Positions 37,373-47,728 are shown, counted from the stretch's first letter. The stretch: DNA of 64,000 nt from Planctomycetota bacterium (GCA_965222115.1 CBDCTJ010000007.1:2176001-2240000), one strand, 5' to 3'. The notes: generated by a model not told the origin, from the sequence alone. Program-made: numbers and translations.

Positions 37373-39166
37373 TCAGCGACACGTTCTTGCGTGTTGTGCT
37401 TTTTGTCGGTTGGTGGTGCACAGTCGCTCTGCGCGATTGCATGCCGCACGTGCCTCTTTGTCCCGCCCGAGCTCCTTCAAGAATCTCGCTCGGAGCAGCT
37501 CGACTTGGCAGTCGGGCGCAGGCAGCTCACCTGCCAAATGCTCCAATCGATCGAGCATCTCATCTTCCCTACCCACACCATTGACCATGCACGCCATGAG
37601 CAATGTTGCGGGAGCCCGACGTCCCAGCGCCCATGAGCGAAGGTAGGCCGCCTCCGCGTGCGCGCTTGCTCGCGCATCACTCGCCGAGATGGCGTGTCGC
37701 CGAAGGGCTTCGGCTCGCCAGAAGTGTGCTTCGGCATTGTTCGTGTCTCGTTCGCATAATTGATCGAGTTCGTCCAAAATGCGGCTTGGGACGCCGACCG
37801 AGGGTGGCGTCCCACGAATGGCCGCAGCGATTTCGTCAAGCCGCTTGGCATCTGCCATGTGCTCATGCGGATCGAGCAACGACGCGTTCTTCTCGGGCGA
37901 CAGAAAGGGGGTGACTAGTGCCGCCCCGCCGTAGCCACTGGACGCGGTTGCGTGGGTCGCGCGGTCGCCTCGATCCAATGCGCGATAGGCGCCGAGCATG
38001 TGCCTGAACAATTCGAGTCCTTCGACGGTCGGATCCTCGGTTGTACTCGTCGAGGGTGTGTTGGGTAGCGACTCGATCCACCGTTGGCGACCGAGGCCGC
38101 TATCCACCAGTAGGCCACGTGTGGTTGCTACGCCCGAAAGTTGTGCCCAGCGATAGCGACTGTGAGCAAAGAGCGATTCCACGGGTAGCGCGGCATCGTT
38201 CGCGCGCGACGTCGCGAGCAGGTCAATCCCTGAGCCCGGCACAACGGAAGCGTCCCATGCGATCCCCGCGAGTCCGGCAATCGTGGGTGCAATGTCCTGC
38301 AAGCATGCGATGTCATTTCGATCGTGATCTCGTTGTTCTGCACCCGTAATAAACATGGGCACCCGGAGCACTTCACCGCTCAACAACATGCCGTGACTCT
38401 CTTCGCCAAGGGCACCCAACGCCTCACCGTGGTCCGCGGCAACAATAACCGTGACGTTTCCTCGACCCCGTTCCGCCAAGCCTGTCATCAAGTGGCCAAT
38501 GGCATGATCCATGGCGGCGATATCGCCCACGTAGCCACGCGGCGTGCGATACGGGCGATGGGGGTCAAAGAGATGAACCCACAAGAAAACGTTGCTGTTG
38601 GCTTGCACACCATCCAAGTGTGCCAATGTGGTTGCGACGGTGTCTTTTGCGGCGCGTTCCGGTACGTTCAACGACGTGAGATCGTCGAGGTTCCCGTCGT
38701 CATAGTGCGTAAAACCCTGTTGCAGGCCATAGCGCTTGGACAATACACCTGCCGAAACAAACGCAGCCGTGTGCCAACCCGCGCGACGAAGGCGTTCTTG
38801 GATCAGGGGATATCCCCGTGTCGTAGAACGGGGCAGCGGCGGGCTGGCATTGACGCGCACACCCGTTGCGGCGGGGGGCAGCGCACTGAGCATCGACAGG
38901 TGCGCTGGCAACGTTAGAGGCACAGGACTAAACGCGTGGCGAAATCGAACGGCGTCCTTCGCCAATTGATCCAAATTCGGAGTATCTAGCCCTTGAGGTG
39001 CCTTGTCACCCGCCAGGGCACGAATGTAGTCGTGTCGCAACGTATCCGGCGTGAGCAGGAGAATCGTCTTGCCGGACCCGACGGGCGCTTCGCCGACATC
39101 GCGATTCAACAACCAAAGTGCCGCCGCAATCCCAAGCGCTGCAAGTAGCAAGAAGACCCTACGCAT
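37373..39166 (-). CDS. Sulfatase-like alkaline phosphatase superfamily enzyme with C-terminal TPRs
   Basis: DTLRHD, PLTLPAH.S, HLFDPH, ADHGE, HG; N-terminal signal/TM; start uncertain. Confidence 0.85.
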   Translation of the reverse strand: MRRVFLLLAALGIAAALWLLNRDVGEAPVGSGKTILLLTPDTLRHDYIRALAGDKAPQGLDTPNLDQLAKDAVRFRHAFSPVPLTLPAHLSMLSALPPAATGVRVNASPPLPRSTTRGYPLIQERLRRAGWHTAAFVSAGVLSKRYGLQQGFTHYDDGNLDDLTSLNVPERAAKDTVATTLAHLDGVQANSNVFLWVHLFDPHRPYRTPRGYVGDIAAMDHAIGHLMTGLAERGRGNVTVIVAADHGEALGALGEESHGMLLSGEVLRVPMFITGAEQRDHDRNDIACLQDIAPTIAGLAGIAWDASVVPGSGIDLLATSRANDAALPVESLFAHSRYRWAQLSGVATTRGLLVDSGLGRQRWIESLPNTPSTSTTEDPTVEGLELFRHMLGAYRALDRGDRATHATASSGYGGAALVTPFLSPEKNASLLDPHEHMADAKRLDEIAAAIRGTPPSVGVPSRILDELDQLCERDTNNAEAHFWRAEALRRHAISASDARASAHAEAAYLRSWALGRRAPATLLMACMVNGVGREDEMLDRLEHLAGELPAPDCQVELLRARFLKELGRDKEARAACNRAERLCTTNRQKAQHARTCR

Positions 39167-39276
39167 GACGACGAAGGTAGGTCCCGCATCTTTGCGTATC
39201 AAGTCTCGATGTTACTCACCACGCGTTCCGACTCGGCATTGGGCTTGTTCACCGAAACCCTCCTCCGACCGGCATC

Positions 39277-39852
39277 TCACTGAGGCTTGCGCGTGCCCTC
39301 AAACACGACGTCTGTCACGCCCAGTCGCAAAAACTCGTTGATGATGGCCATAACATCGCCGTGTGGCACCGAGCCGCCGCGTGGTTCGGGTGCGACAATC
39401 TCGCCCTTTCGCTTGCCAGGCTCAACACCTTGAACTTGACGTTGCATCGAGTTGCGAAGCGCGGCCATGACCGCTTGGTAATCGCGCACGCGCACCGGTG
39501 ATTCATGTAGATGGCCGCGCCACTTCGTAGGTAACGCATACGTTCTTGGCAAGTGTCCCACGCGCATCACTGTGCGTTGCTGTTCAGTGCCTAGGTTGCG
39601 TACGAACACCTTGACCTTGCATGCGTCCAAGTCCTCGGCCGGTGTTGGTATCGACGCCATGCCGCGATCATGTGGCAATGCTGCATCGATGCGCGAATCG
39701 ATGTCCTTGAACTTGAGACTCAGTAGAAAGAAGATGATCAACTGAAACACGATGTCGATCATCGGCGTCATGTTGAGTTCACTGTCTTCGCCGGCCGCGG
39801 CACGTTTCCACGCGCCGACTGTTCCGGATCCCTGACCAATCGGTAGAGCCAT
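39277..39852 (-). CDS. exbD: ExbD/TolR-like protein (copy 3)
   Basis: ELNMTPMIDIVFQLIIFFLL TM with the conserved Asp; AGGAGAG RBS before MALPIG. Confidence 0.82.
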   Translation of the reverse strand: MALPIGQGSGTVGAWKRAAAGEDSELNMTPMIDIVFQLIIFFLLSLKFKDIDSRIDAALPHDRGMASIPTPAEDLDACKVKVFVRNLGTEQQRTVMRVGHLPRTYALPTKWRGHLHESPVRVRDYQAVMAALRNSMQRQVQGVEPGKRKGEIVAPEPRGGSVPHGDVMAIINEFLRLGVTDVVFEGTRKPQ

Positions 39853-39890
39853 AGCCCTCTCCTTTGCGACATATGGGTCGGACGCAATGA

Positions 39891-39932
39891 GGGTGGGGGG
39901 CGGGTCAGACGGGGGTGGGGGGCGGGTCAGAC
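39891..39932 (+). repeat. G-rich direct repeat GGGTGGGGGGCGGGTCAGAC x2
   Basis: Copies at 39891-39910 and 39913-39932. Confidence 0.85.
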
Positions 39933-39997
39933 GTTGCGAGAAGCCGTCAGCCTGGAATCGACCGACGGCATCGCATGTTTGTGGATGTTCGCGCTGG

Positions 39998-40636
39998 TTA
40001 CTTACCCTGTGCGCGCGCGGCACGTTCGGTGCTTGTGAGCGGCGTTGCTTTGCCCTCAAAGACCACGTCGGTGATGCCCAGCTTTAGATAGACATTGAGC
40101 ACGCCCATGACATCGCCATGGGGCACCGCCCCGCCTTTGGGTGGCGGCGCAACGATTTCGCCTTTGATTTTGGCGTTGTCTACCGTCTTGCCTTGGTCTT
40201 CGGCCGTATACGCGGCTTGAAGAGCGGCCACCACCTCGGGGCCGAGGCGCTTGCGAATGGCTTCGTAGAGCTGATTGAACTTGCTGTCGTACTCTTCAAC
40301 GCGAGCGGTGTTGTTGGCGGCCTCTTCCTTGGAGCGCCCTTTCCACTGCTTCGGCAAGAGAAAGATGTTCTTGCTGTTTTCAATCTTCATCATCGTGTGT
40401 TCGCTGGGCTTACCCAAGTCGCGCCGGAAGACCTTCACTTTGACCGTGTTGAGATCTTCGGGGAAGGTGGGCGTGGCTGCCATGCCACGATCCTTGGGCA
40501 ACATGCTGTCGATGCGACGATCGATGTTCTTGAACTTCAGACTCAGCAAGAAAAAGATGATCAACTGGAACACGATGTCAATCATCGGTGTCATGTTGAG
40601 TTCGGTATCTTCCGGTTCGGGGAGATTCAGTGCCAT
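39998..40636 (-). CDS. exbD: ExbD/TolR-like protein (copy 2)
   Basis: ELNMTPMIDIVFQLIIFFLL; extended periplasmic domain. Confidence 0.85.
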   Translation of the reverse strand: MALNLPEPEDTELNMTPMIDIVFQLIIFFLLSLKFKNIDRRIDSMLPKDRGMAATPTFPEDLNTVKVKVFRRDLGKPSEHTMMKIENSKNIFLLPKQWKGRSKEEAANNTARVEEYDSKFNQLYEAIRKRLGPEVVAALQAAYTAEDQGKTVDNAKIKGEIVAPPPKGGAVPHGDVMGVLNVYLKLGITDVVFEGKATPLTSTERAARAQGK

Positions 40637-40649
40637 CAGAGCCCCCTTT

Positions 40650-41156
40650 CTACTTCTCGTCTTCTTCGGGAAGTTTCTTCACCGAGAATTGTAGCTTGTA
40701 GACCTTGATGTCCTTGTGGGCGCACGCTTGCATCACCCACTGCACGTACTTCCACTTCGCGCCACGGTCGGCGTTGATCATGATCGGCACTTTGCTCGCG
40801 CCGTCTTCTTCACGCAGATCGGGGTCATTGCCAATCAGACCGCGCAGCGCGTCCTGAAGATTTTGAATGGCGTCGTCGGCGTCACCGGGATCTTCCGAGG
40901 AAAGATCAAACTCGCGATCGCGGAAAATGACCTTGCCGTCGCCCGTGAGGTTGACGGTAAAGCGCTTGACCTCGGCTTTGGGGTCTTCCTTGTCCTCATT
41001 GCCCATCGAGGCGATGGGAAGCTCCACCGGGAAGAACTCTTTCTGCGACAAGTCAATGGTGAGCATGAAAAACACGACCAAGAGGAAGGTCATGTCAATC
41101 ATGGGCGTCATGTTCATCTTGGCGTCTTCTGTTTCAATCAGAACAGGTGCTGCCAT
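40650..41156 (-). CDS. exbD: ExbD/TolR protein (copy 1, canonical)
   Basis: MNMTPMIDMTFLLVVFFM, VELP, IMINADRGAKW..V..VM..C. Confidence 0.9.
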   Translation of the reverse strand: MAAPVLIETEDAKMNMTPMIDMTFLLVVFFMLTIDLSQKEFFPVELPIASMGNEDKEDPKAEVKRFTVNLTGDGKVIFRDREFDLSSEDPGDADDAIQNLQDALRGLIGNDPDLREEDGASKVPIMINADRGAKWKYVQWVMQACAHKDIKVYKLQFSVKKLPEEDEK

Positions 41157-41266
41157 GCGTGGCTCCTCGATGTCGGGTCGGACGCCTGGAAATGATTCGC
41201 GCTTCTTGGTTTGTGGGTTTGTGCGCGGGGAGCGCGAACCCCCGCAACACTAGCGTATCAGGTCGT

Positions 41267-41959
41267 TTAGCGGCTGCGGAAGCGCTCGGTCATCTCTTCC
41301 AAGACTTCGGCGAAGTGGATGGAGATGCGTGTGGCCTTGTTTCGGAAGTATTGGTAGGCCGTAACCGCGGGAATCGCTACCAACAATCCCAAGAACGTGG
41401 TGACGAGCGCGGCAGAAATACCACCGGCAAGGTCGGCTGGCGTGACCTTGGCACCCTTTTCCACGATTGTTTCGAACGCCGTGATCATACCCGACACCGT
41501 ACCGAACAGGCCGAGCATGGGTGCCACGTTGGAGAGGAAGAGCATCCAGCTCACCTTTTGCTGCAGCTTGACCGCTTCCACGCCCGCGGCTGCATCGACG
41601 GCTTCCTTCACTTTGGGATAGCCTTCGTTCAATCGGGGCAGCCCCGCCGCCAACGAGCGCGTCACGAAGTTGGGCTCGGACTCGCAGAGTTCGAGTGCTT
41701 CTTGGTACTCGTCTTCTTCCAGCAATGCTTCCACCTCGTCGATGATCTCGGGGGGGCAGAGCTTGTCGGCGCGGACGTTTACGGCGTACTCAATAATGAG
41801 GGCCACCGTAGCGATGGACAGGGCGATAATCACCCAACCAATGGCGCCGCCATCCTCGAGAATGCCGCCGATGGACATCGCGTGAGCGTCGGGAGCAAAC
41901 GCCAAGGTGCATACCGAGGCGAAACCTAGTGAAACGATCAAAGTGCTGAGCTTGGGCAT
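41267..41959 (-). CDS. exbB: MotA/TolQ/ExbB proton channel subunit
   Basis: APMLGLFGTVSGMITAF, LAGGISAALVTTFLGLLVAIP; N-terminal signal ending AHA. Confidence 0.93.
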   Translation of the reverse strand: MPKLSTLIVSLGFASVCTLAFAPDAHAMSIGGILEDGGAIGWVIIALSIATVALIIEYAVNVRADKLCPPEIIDEVEALLEEDEYQEALELCESEPNFVTRSLAAGLPRLNEGYPKVKEAVDAAAGVEAVKLQQKVSWMLFLSNVAPMLGLFGTVSGMITAFETIVEKGAKVTPADLAGGISAALVTTFLGLLVAIPAVTAYQYFRNKATRISIHFAEVLEEMTERFRSR

Positions 41960-42369
41960 GGCCGCATGGACTCCGAAAACTGGGACCACGAGGGTTGGGT
42001 GAAAACGCGGAGGACTCCCTCGATTCCGTCCGCGACCAATACGTGAAATCCTGAACTGAATGTTCGTTGGTTGAAAATTCGTCGACCCGAGACGATTGAT
42101 TGGAGGGCGAGTGCTCCCAGCGTCGCTATCGCGCTACGAGAACCCGCCACCCAATTCGACGCGCGTCAGATGACGCTGCCGCCGATCTACCTGCCTCCGG
42201 GCGAGCCGAAGCGTACCCGATCGCAGGAAATGCCGCTACTTCCGGCGAGCCCGGATTAATCGTGAAGTACGCGCCGCGCCGTTTCCGGTGCGATGAACGT
42301 GGTTCATGAGCGTCTGGGATTCGATTGGATCTGGGATTGGATATCGCCCGGAATCGGATGTTGAGCGCC

Positions 42370-43842
42370 CTACTTGCTCGCCCAGCTCGTCTTGCCGAAA
42401 CGTTCCGACAGAAGACGCGTGGCGGAGGCCTTGAGACCCTCGTACATCTTGCGAACACCGGCGTCCTTTGCCGCGGCGGCCGCCTTTTCCGCCGCTTGGG
42501 CGAGGTAATAGCAGGCGCGACCCGACTGATCGGGGTCACCAAGCAGATACTTCACCGTAACGGCGCGAAATCGAATGATGGCTTCTGCGAATTGGCCTTC
42601 CTCGAGGAACGCACGGCCAATGCCATTGAGCACAATGGACTGGACGCGCGGATCGCGAGCGCCCGCTACAAGCGCGGCGAGACTCTCCTTCTTGAGCTTG
42701 CTGCCAAACTCCTCGCGGAGCGCTTCGGGCGAATTGCCCATCAAGAAGGTTCGCAACGATTGATAACCGGCCGCGTTGTTGGCCTTCTCTGCATCCGCCA
42801 TGCGAATAATCGCCATGCGGCTCCGCGCCAAACTGAAGAACCGCCCGTACTCCTTTTGGAAATATGGCAATGCCTCGTTTTCAAGACGGGTGCGCATCAC
42901 AGTGGCCGCGGCGTTATAGGCCGAGCTGGCTTTGTTCTTGTCGCCCTTTGCTTCTTCGATGGTGCCCAAGCCAACTTTTGCTTCATAAGCCCAGCGAGGA
43001 TGCAGTGGAACTTGAATTGCTGCCGAGTACAAGGCGTCAAATGCTTCGCGCGCCTCGTCGTACTTCTTCAACCCGACAAGCGTCAATGCCTTTACATGCA
43101 TGGCATGGGGATAGAAGCGACTCGCGCCGTCCTTGAACCGTTCCAGGAATCCACCTGTGGTTACACCCTTTTCTGCATCGGGGATAGGCATGTCGTCCAA
43201 GCACATGAGGACCTTTTGAAACAGGTCGAGGTCGTCGTTTTGCTTGGCCTTTTCGTAGAGGGCGCGCACGTAGTAATAGTGCGCGTATTCGGATTCCCAC
43301 GCGGGGCGCGCTTTCTTACCGGGAGGATCGCCCGCCGAGAAGGATGAGAACTTTTCATCGCCTGAATCGGGATCCTTATAGATCCCGCCACCGTGAACGC
43401 GTCGAAGTTGTTCAAGTGCTTCGTCATAGTTTCCACGACGAAGTTCACTAATCCCATTTTGAAGACGCTGGGAGTCGGCGCTGTCCTTGCGCTCGATGCG
43501 TTCCACAAGACGGGCCGGCACGCTCTCCTCGGCACCCTTGGGCCGCGTTCGGTATTTCACTTCTGCCCACGACTCGGAGGTGATCTCCGACGCGCGAATC
43601 GAACGTACGCGATTTGTGTTTGGATCGCGCGTGATGATCTCATCAGCCGCGGCTGTCGTGGCTGTGGCCCACACGGCCATCAGTGCCACGGCGGCTGTCA
43701 CACTTAAACGAGTCGTCACACTCGAACGAAACGTCGATTGCATGAATGATTTCATCGTTGGGGACATCCTTACGTGAGTCAAGGCGAATGCACTTCTGCG
43801 CGTCGTCGGACGGGGCGCGCGACCGTTGCTTTGCGAAGCCAT
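42370..43842 (-). CDS. Exported TPR protein (~460-490 aa)
   Basis: Signal peptide ending AAA-DE; small N-terminal beta domain then TPR-like helices; start may be at 43767 or later. Confidence 0.8.
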   Translation of the reverse strand: MASQSNGRAPRPTTRRSAFALTHVRMSPTMKSFMQSTFRSSVTTRLSVTAAVALMAVWATATTAAADEIITRDPNTNRVRSIRASEITSESWAEVKYRTRPKGAEESVPARLVERIERKDSADSQRLQNGISELRRGNYDEALEQLRRVHGGGIYKDPDSGDEKFSSFSAGDPPGKKARPAWESEYAHYYYVRALYEKAKQNDDLDLFQKVLMCLDDMPIPDAEKGVTTGGFLERFKDGASRFYPHAMHVKALTLVGLKKYDEAREAFDALYSAAIQVPLHPRWAYEAKVGLGTIEEAKGDKNKASSAYNAAATVMRTRLENEALPYFQKEYGRFFSLARSRMAIIRMADAEKANNAAGYQSLRTFLMGNSPEALREEFGSKLKKESLAALVAGARDPRVQSIVLNGIGRAFLEEGQFAEAIIRFRAVTVKYLLGDPDQSGRACYYLAQAAEKAAAAAKDAGVRKMYEGLKASATRLLSERFGKTSWASK

Positions 43843-46800
43843 CTAGTTATCTTCCGTGGCGGGCTGTGTGGAACCCGCTGCTTTCGGCATTGGGACCGTG
43901 TCCGCGGACATGCTGAGCTTCATACGTAGCGTCTCAATGCGCTTGCTCAGCGCGGTGAACTCCTCCGGGGTTTCCGGTCGAACGCCTACGCCCACCGTGG
44001 GGTCGCCCATCGCAAGGCGCTTGAGCAACCTTGTTGAGAGTTCAGCCTTCTCTTTGGCATCGCCGGAGTCACCGCTCACGCTTTGAAGCATTTCGGCCCA
44101 CTTGGTGGCGGCGGCGGCGCGAATGATCTGCGCGCTCCACCACTCGGCGCTTCCGTCTTCCACACCAAACTGACGCGACTTCACCAATCCCTCGCACAAA
44201 CGCAGGGCCTTGGGTTTGTCTTCCAGGCGCTCCGACTCGGAGTACACCCAGGCAAGCGCCAAGCGGAAGTCGATGGTGTCGTTGGCGTGCAACTTGTAAA
44301 ACGCAGAGTCGAATCCACAGGGGTGAAAACTGGCCACCACTTGCTTGGCTTCACGCTCGGGCTGAGCGCGTGTGACGTAGGTACGGAAGTGTTCGACGCC
44401 GGCGAGGTAGCGTCGGTTGGCCGCGTCATTGGCAAATACAGGCACCGCAAAGCCACCACTCTTGCCAAGTGTCTGCGCCACTTGCTTAAGTTCGGCCACG
44501 GTCTTGACTCGGGGCAGCACGTAGCGGCGACTGACATTGTCAACATTGCTTGTCCATCGCACGACCGCGTAATCGCCCTTGATATGTCCAACGAGCAAGT
44601 CCGTATTGGCGGAAACATTGGCAATACCCGCCTGCAAGCGCTCAAGCGCTTTACCGACAAGTTTCCTTCGTTCCTCGTTTGAATCGGCACGCCGTGCCAA
44701 CTCGTAATACACGGTCCCGAGCCATCCCGTGACCTCTTGGCGATCCGACTCTTTGGTGCCCTCAAAGTTCAAGTAATCCTCGGCCAACTCCTTGCACCGT
44801 TCCCAGTTCTCCTTGACTTCGGGCCGCAACTTGGCCGCCTTCAAATAGTTGTGGGCAAAGATCTTGACGTTTGCGGGGTTCTGCTTGACGCCCGACTTCT
44901 TGCGCTCGATGTAGAGACGGTAGTAGTAGCCCACAGAACGTGCACGCGGGTCATAGATCTTGAGCTTGAGTTCGGCCAACTCGTTGTCGAGCGCGGCCTT
45001 GCGCGTGATGAGTTCACCTTCTTCGGCCACAAACTTGTTGATCTTCTCGTTCAGGCGTTTGATGTCGGCCTTGGCTTCGGGAATGCCCTTGGATGCCTCT
45101 TCGAAGTCGGCTTTGGACACACCAAAGTCTTCGCCCTCCGTCTGCTGCTTCTCCCAGATTTTTATGGCCTGCTCGTATTTCCCGATCAGGTTCTTGACGT
45201 CACCGACGCGCTCACGCGCCTTGAAGATGAGATCACCCGTGGACTTGATTTTCTTGTTGAGCCCCATTGGCTGCTCACGGGTCCCGTACAACTCTTGCGT
45301 AATCTCGCGAATGCGCGTCTCAAACACCTTTGCTTTGCCGGCAAAGTGCTTGGCCATGGAACTCGTGATGCTGTCAAGTCGCGGGTAGGTGGCATCGGCT
45401 TCGATAAGCTGCGTTAAGTACCGTTCGGCCTTGTCTACCTCACCCTTGCCAATGTGGGCAAGCACGAGGTGGCCAAGCGTGCCGGCGTAGATCTGCTTCT
45501 GACCGCCACTGCCGTTTTTGAACTGGCTATACTTGGCGTGAAAGCCATCCAAGGTCTTGAGGATCTCGTCGAACTGTTCCTGTTTGTAGTGCGCCTCCGC
45601 TTTCCAATAGAGCGCCTCGCCAAGAGCCGCCTGACGCCGACTGGCAACCGTAGCGAACTTGGCAGCCTGGTCCTTGGCCTCCTTGGAGTTCCAGTAGGCG
45701 GTCGCAGCCTCGAATGCCTTTAGGCTGCCATTCCAGTCATCTTGCTCGTGGGCAACGCGCATGAGCTGTACCCATGCCGCGTCTTGTCGCGGGTGGGAGG
45801 GGTCTTGCGTTACTTGCTTGAACAACGGAATGGAATCTTGATACGCCTTCTTCCAGCCCGACGCCTTAGTGCGTTTCTGCTTACGTGCCTTGCTCAGTGC
45901 CTCGCGGGCTTCATCCCAAATCGTGCGGGCACCCGAAGGATGGTTGGGGTAGTCGGTTTGGAAACTCTTACGAATATCGGCGAAGCGTTTCCGGTAGGCC
46001 TCGTCGCCGGTGAGTTCATAGAGTTGCTTCCATTTGCGCATGGCCGTCTGGCGGAAGTTGCCCATGGCGATCATGTTCTGATCGGTCGCCGTACCGTCGG
46101 TCGGCAACAAGCCGTCCATCCAGATTTCATGCAGCGCGTCATACGCCAGAGCACAACCAACGAGGTCGCCGCTTGATTCGGCGGCTCTGGCAATCTTCTG
46201 CCATGACGGAACAATGAGTTCCTTGATGGACGCTTCGTCTTTGTTGGAGGCGAGGATCGCTTCTTGGAACGTGCTTATGGCTTCATCCCACTTTTCTTGG
46301 GCGTAGAAACTCTTGCCGATGCGCTCCAACACCTTGGGGTCGGCGCGGCTTGCCCCCCCGCTACCGCCCATCACGATTTCTTGAAGCAATGCGTTGGCAC
46401 GATTCTCAAGATAACCCTTTCCTTCGGTACGGGCGAACGCAGCAGCCTTGTTGGCATATTCGGTAGCCTCGGTGGTGCGTTCACGAAGAAGCTCAATGCG
46501 TGCCAATTCGATGAGGGCGAGTATGCCGTCGTCGTATTTGCCAGCGCGCGGCACGAGCTTGAGCATCTGTCCCACAACCTTGGACGCATCTTTGTAGAAA
46601 TTATAGCCCGCAATGCGGCCCGCTTGGCGGCACGTGCGCGCGTAGAGGTAGTAGCCGCGGCAGATGATCCGCTCTTCGTCGTTCGATACATTGTCCGTTT
46701 GCATGACGGTGTCGAACCACTCATTGGCAAAGCGGTAGTTTTCTTTCTTTTGCTCGTCATCCGTGGCGCATTTGGCCAACTCCACGTAGTTCTTCCCGTA

Positions 46801-47562
46801 GATCAACGCCGCGTGTACGGCAACAAGTTGTCCGTCTCGGAGCGTGATGTAGTCCTCAAGTGCATTGCCGGCGCTCTTGAATGCGTTGACCGCAGCTTCG
46901 CTGCAGCGTTCCATGACCAATGCGCGATAGTGTTGGCAGCGTACCCATTCAAACTGGGCGATCTCGGCGCGCAGGGGTGCGTCTTGGGCGTCGTGGCCCT
47001 CGCGCAAACCATCAAAGTATGAGATGGCCTTTTCCACCATGGATTTGGCATCGCTGATGACCGTCTCGACGTCGGTCTTGCGCTTCTTTAGACGCTCAGC
47101 GTCGGGGGCGAGCGTTTCGCGCGCCCAAATCACGAATCCCAATCGCGTGCGACCTGCGCTCATCTTGGCCTCAAGCGCGCGCGGGTGGCTGGGGTTGTTC
47201 TCTGCGAACTTCTCCATCGCCTGGCTCGCCTGCTCGTAGGCGGCAAGCACATCTTTGTAGGGCACGCTGGAGCGACCCCGCAAACCGTCAGCACGTTGAC
47301 TATCGAGACGCGCGAGGCCGTACCGCGCGAGTTCCTTTTGCTCGTCGGTGCCGGTCGCCAGGCTGTTTTCCAAAACTTGGCGTGCGTACACGAAGTAAAA
47401 GTCCTTACCCCTTCGCTTGCCAAGTTCTGCGAGTTTCTGGGCGAACTCGAAGTCATCTGCGCCGGCTTCTGCGTGGGGTTGCCATGCGGGACACGCCAAG
47501 GCGAGCGCCAACGCTAGGGATAGATAAATCGGGGTGCGAGCAACGCGTGACATGGAGTTCAT
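43843..47562 (-). CDS. Large exported TPR/coiled-coil protein (1239 aa)
   Basis: Signal peptide; many TPR-like repeats; long heptad segment (FETRIREIT...LDNELAELKLK). Confidence 0.85.
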   Translation of the reverse strand: MNSMSRVARTPIYLSLALALALACPAWQPHAEAGADDFEFAQKLAELGKRRGKDFYFVYARQVLENSLATGTDEQKELARYGLARLDSQRADGLRGRSSVPYKDVLAAYEQASQAMEKFAENNPSHPRALEAKMSAGRTRLGFVIWARETLAPDAERLKKRKTDVETVISDAKSMVEKAISYFDGLREGHDAQDAPLRAEIAQFEWVRCQHYRALVMERCSEAAVNAFKSAGNALEDYITLRDGQLVAVHAALIYGKNYVELAKCATDDEQKKENYRFANEWFDTVMQTDNVSNDEERIICRGYYLYARTCRQAGRIAGYNFYKDASKVVGQMLKLVPRAGKYDDGILALIELARIELLRERTTEATEYANKAAAFARTEGKGYLENRANALLQEIVMGGSGGASRADPKVLERIGKSFYAQEKWDEAISTFQEAILASNKDEASIKELIVPSWQKIARAAESSGDLVGCALAYDALHEIWMDGLLPTDGTATDQNMIAMGNFRQTAMRKWKQLYELTGDEAYRKRFADIRKSFQTDYPNHPSGARTIWDEAREALSKARKQKRTKASGWKKAYQDSIPLFKQVTQDPSHPRQDAAWVQLMRVAHEQDDWNGSLKAFEAATAYWNSKEAKDQAAKFATVASRRQAALGEALYWKAEAHYKQEQFDEILKTLDGFHAKYSQFKNGSGGQKQIYAGTLGHLVLAHIGKGEVDKAERYLTQLIEADATYPRLDSITSSMAKHFAGKAKVFETRIREITQELYGTREQPMGLNKKIKSTGDLIFKARERVGDVKNLIGKYEQAIKIWEKQQTEGEDFGVSKADFEEASKGIPEAKADIKRLNEKINKFVAEEGELITRKAALDNELAELKLKIYDPRARSVGYYYRLYIERKKSGVKQNPANVKIFAHNYLKAAKLRPEVKENWERCKELAEDYLNFEGTKESDRQEVTGWLGTVYYELARRADSNEERRKLVGKALERLQAGIANVSANTDLLVGHIKGDYAVVRWTSNVDNVSRRYVLPRVKTVAELKQVAQTLGKSGGFAVPVFANDAANRRYLAGVEHFRTYVTRAQPEREAKQVVASFHPCGFDSAFYKLHANDTIDFRLALAWVYSESERLEDKPKALRLCEGLVKSRQFGVEDGSAEWWSAQIIRAAAATKWAEMLQSVSGDSGDAKEKAELSTRLLKRLAMGDPTVGVGVRPETPEEFTALSKRIETLRMKLSMSADTVPMPKAAGSTQPATEDN

Positions 47563-47728
47563 GAGATAGGGGACCTCGCGGTACAGAAGCCGAATAGGAG
47601 ATACGCGCGAATAGAACCAGATCGCCCATGCTCATGGATTGGGATTCCATGAAGCGGGCGAAGCCTTACCCAGCGCGCACGTCGCGATCGCGCCGAAACG
47701 GCGCATGGAGATGTGCTCGCATCCAAGA

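Noticed and set aside
39277-41959. Ordinary TonB-ExbBD or Tol-Pal operon
   Set aside because: No recognisable tonB/tolA, tolB, pal or TonB-dependent receptor adjacent.
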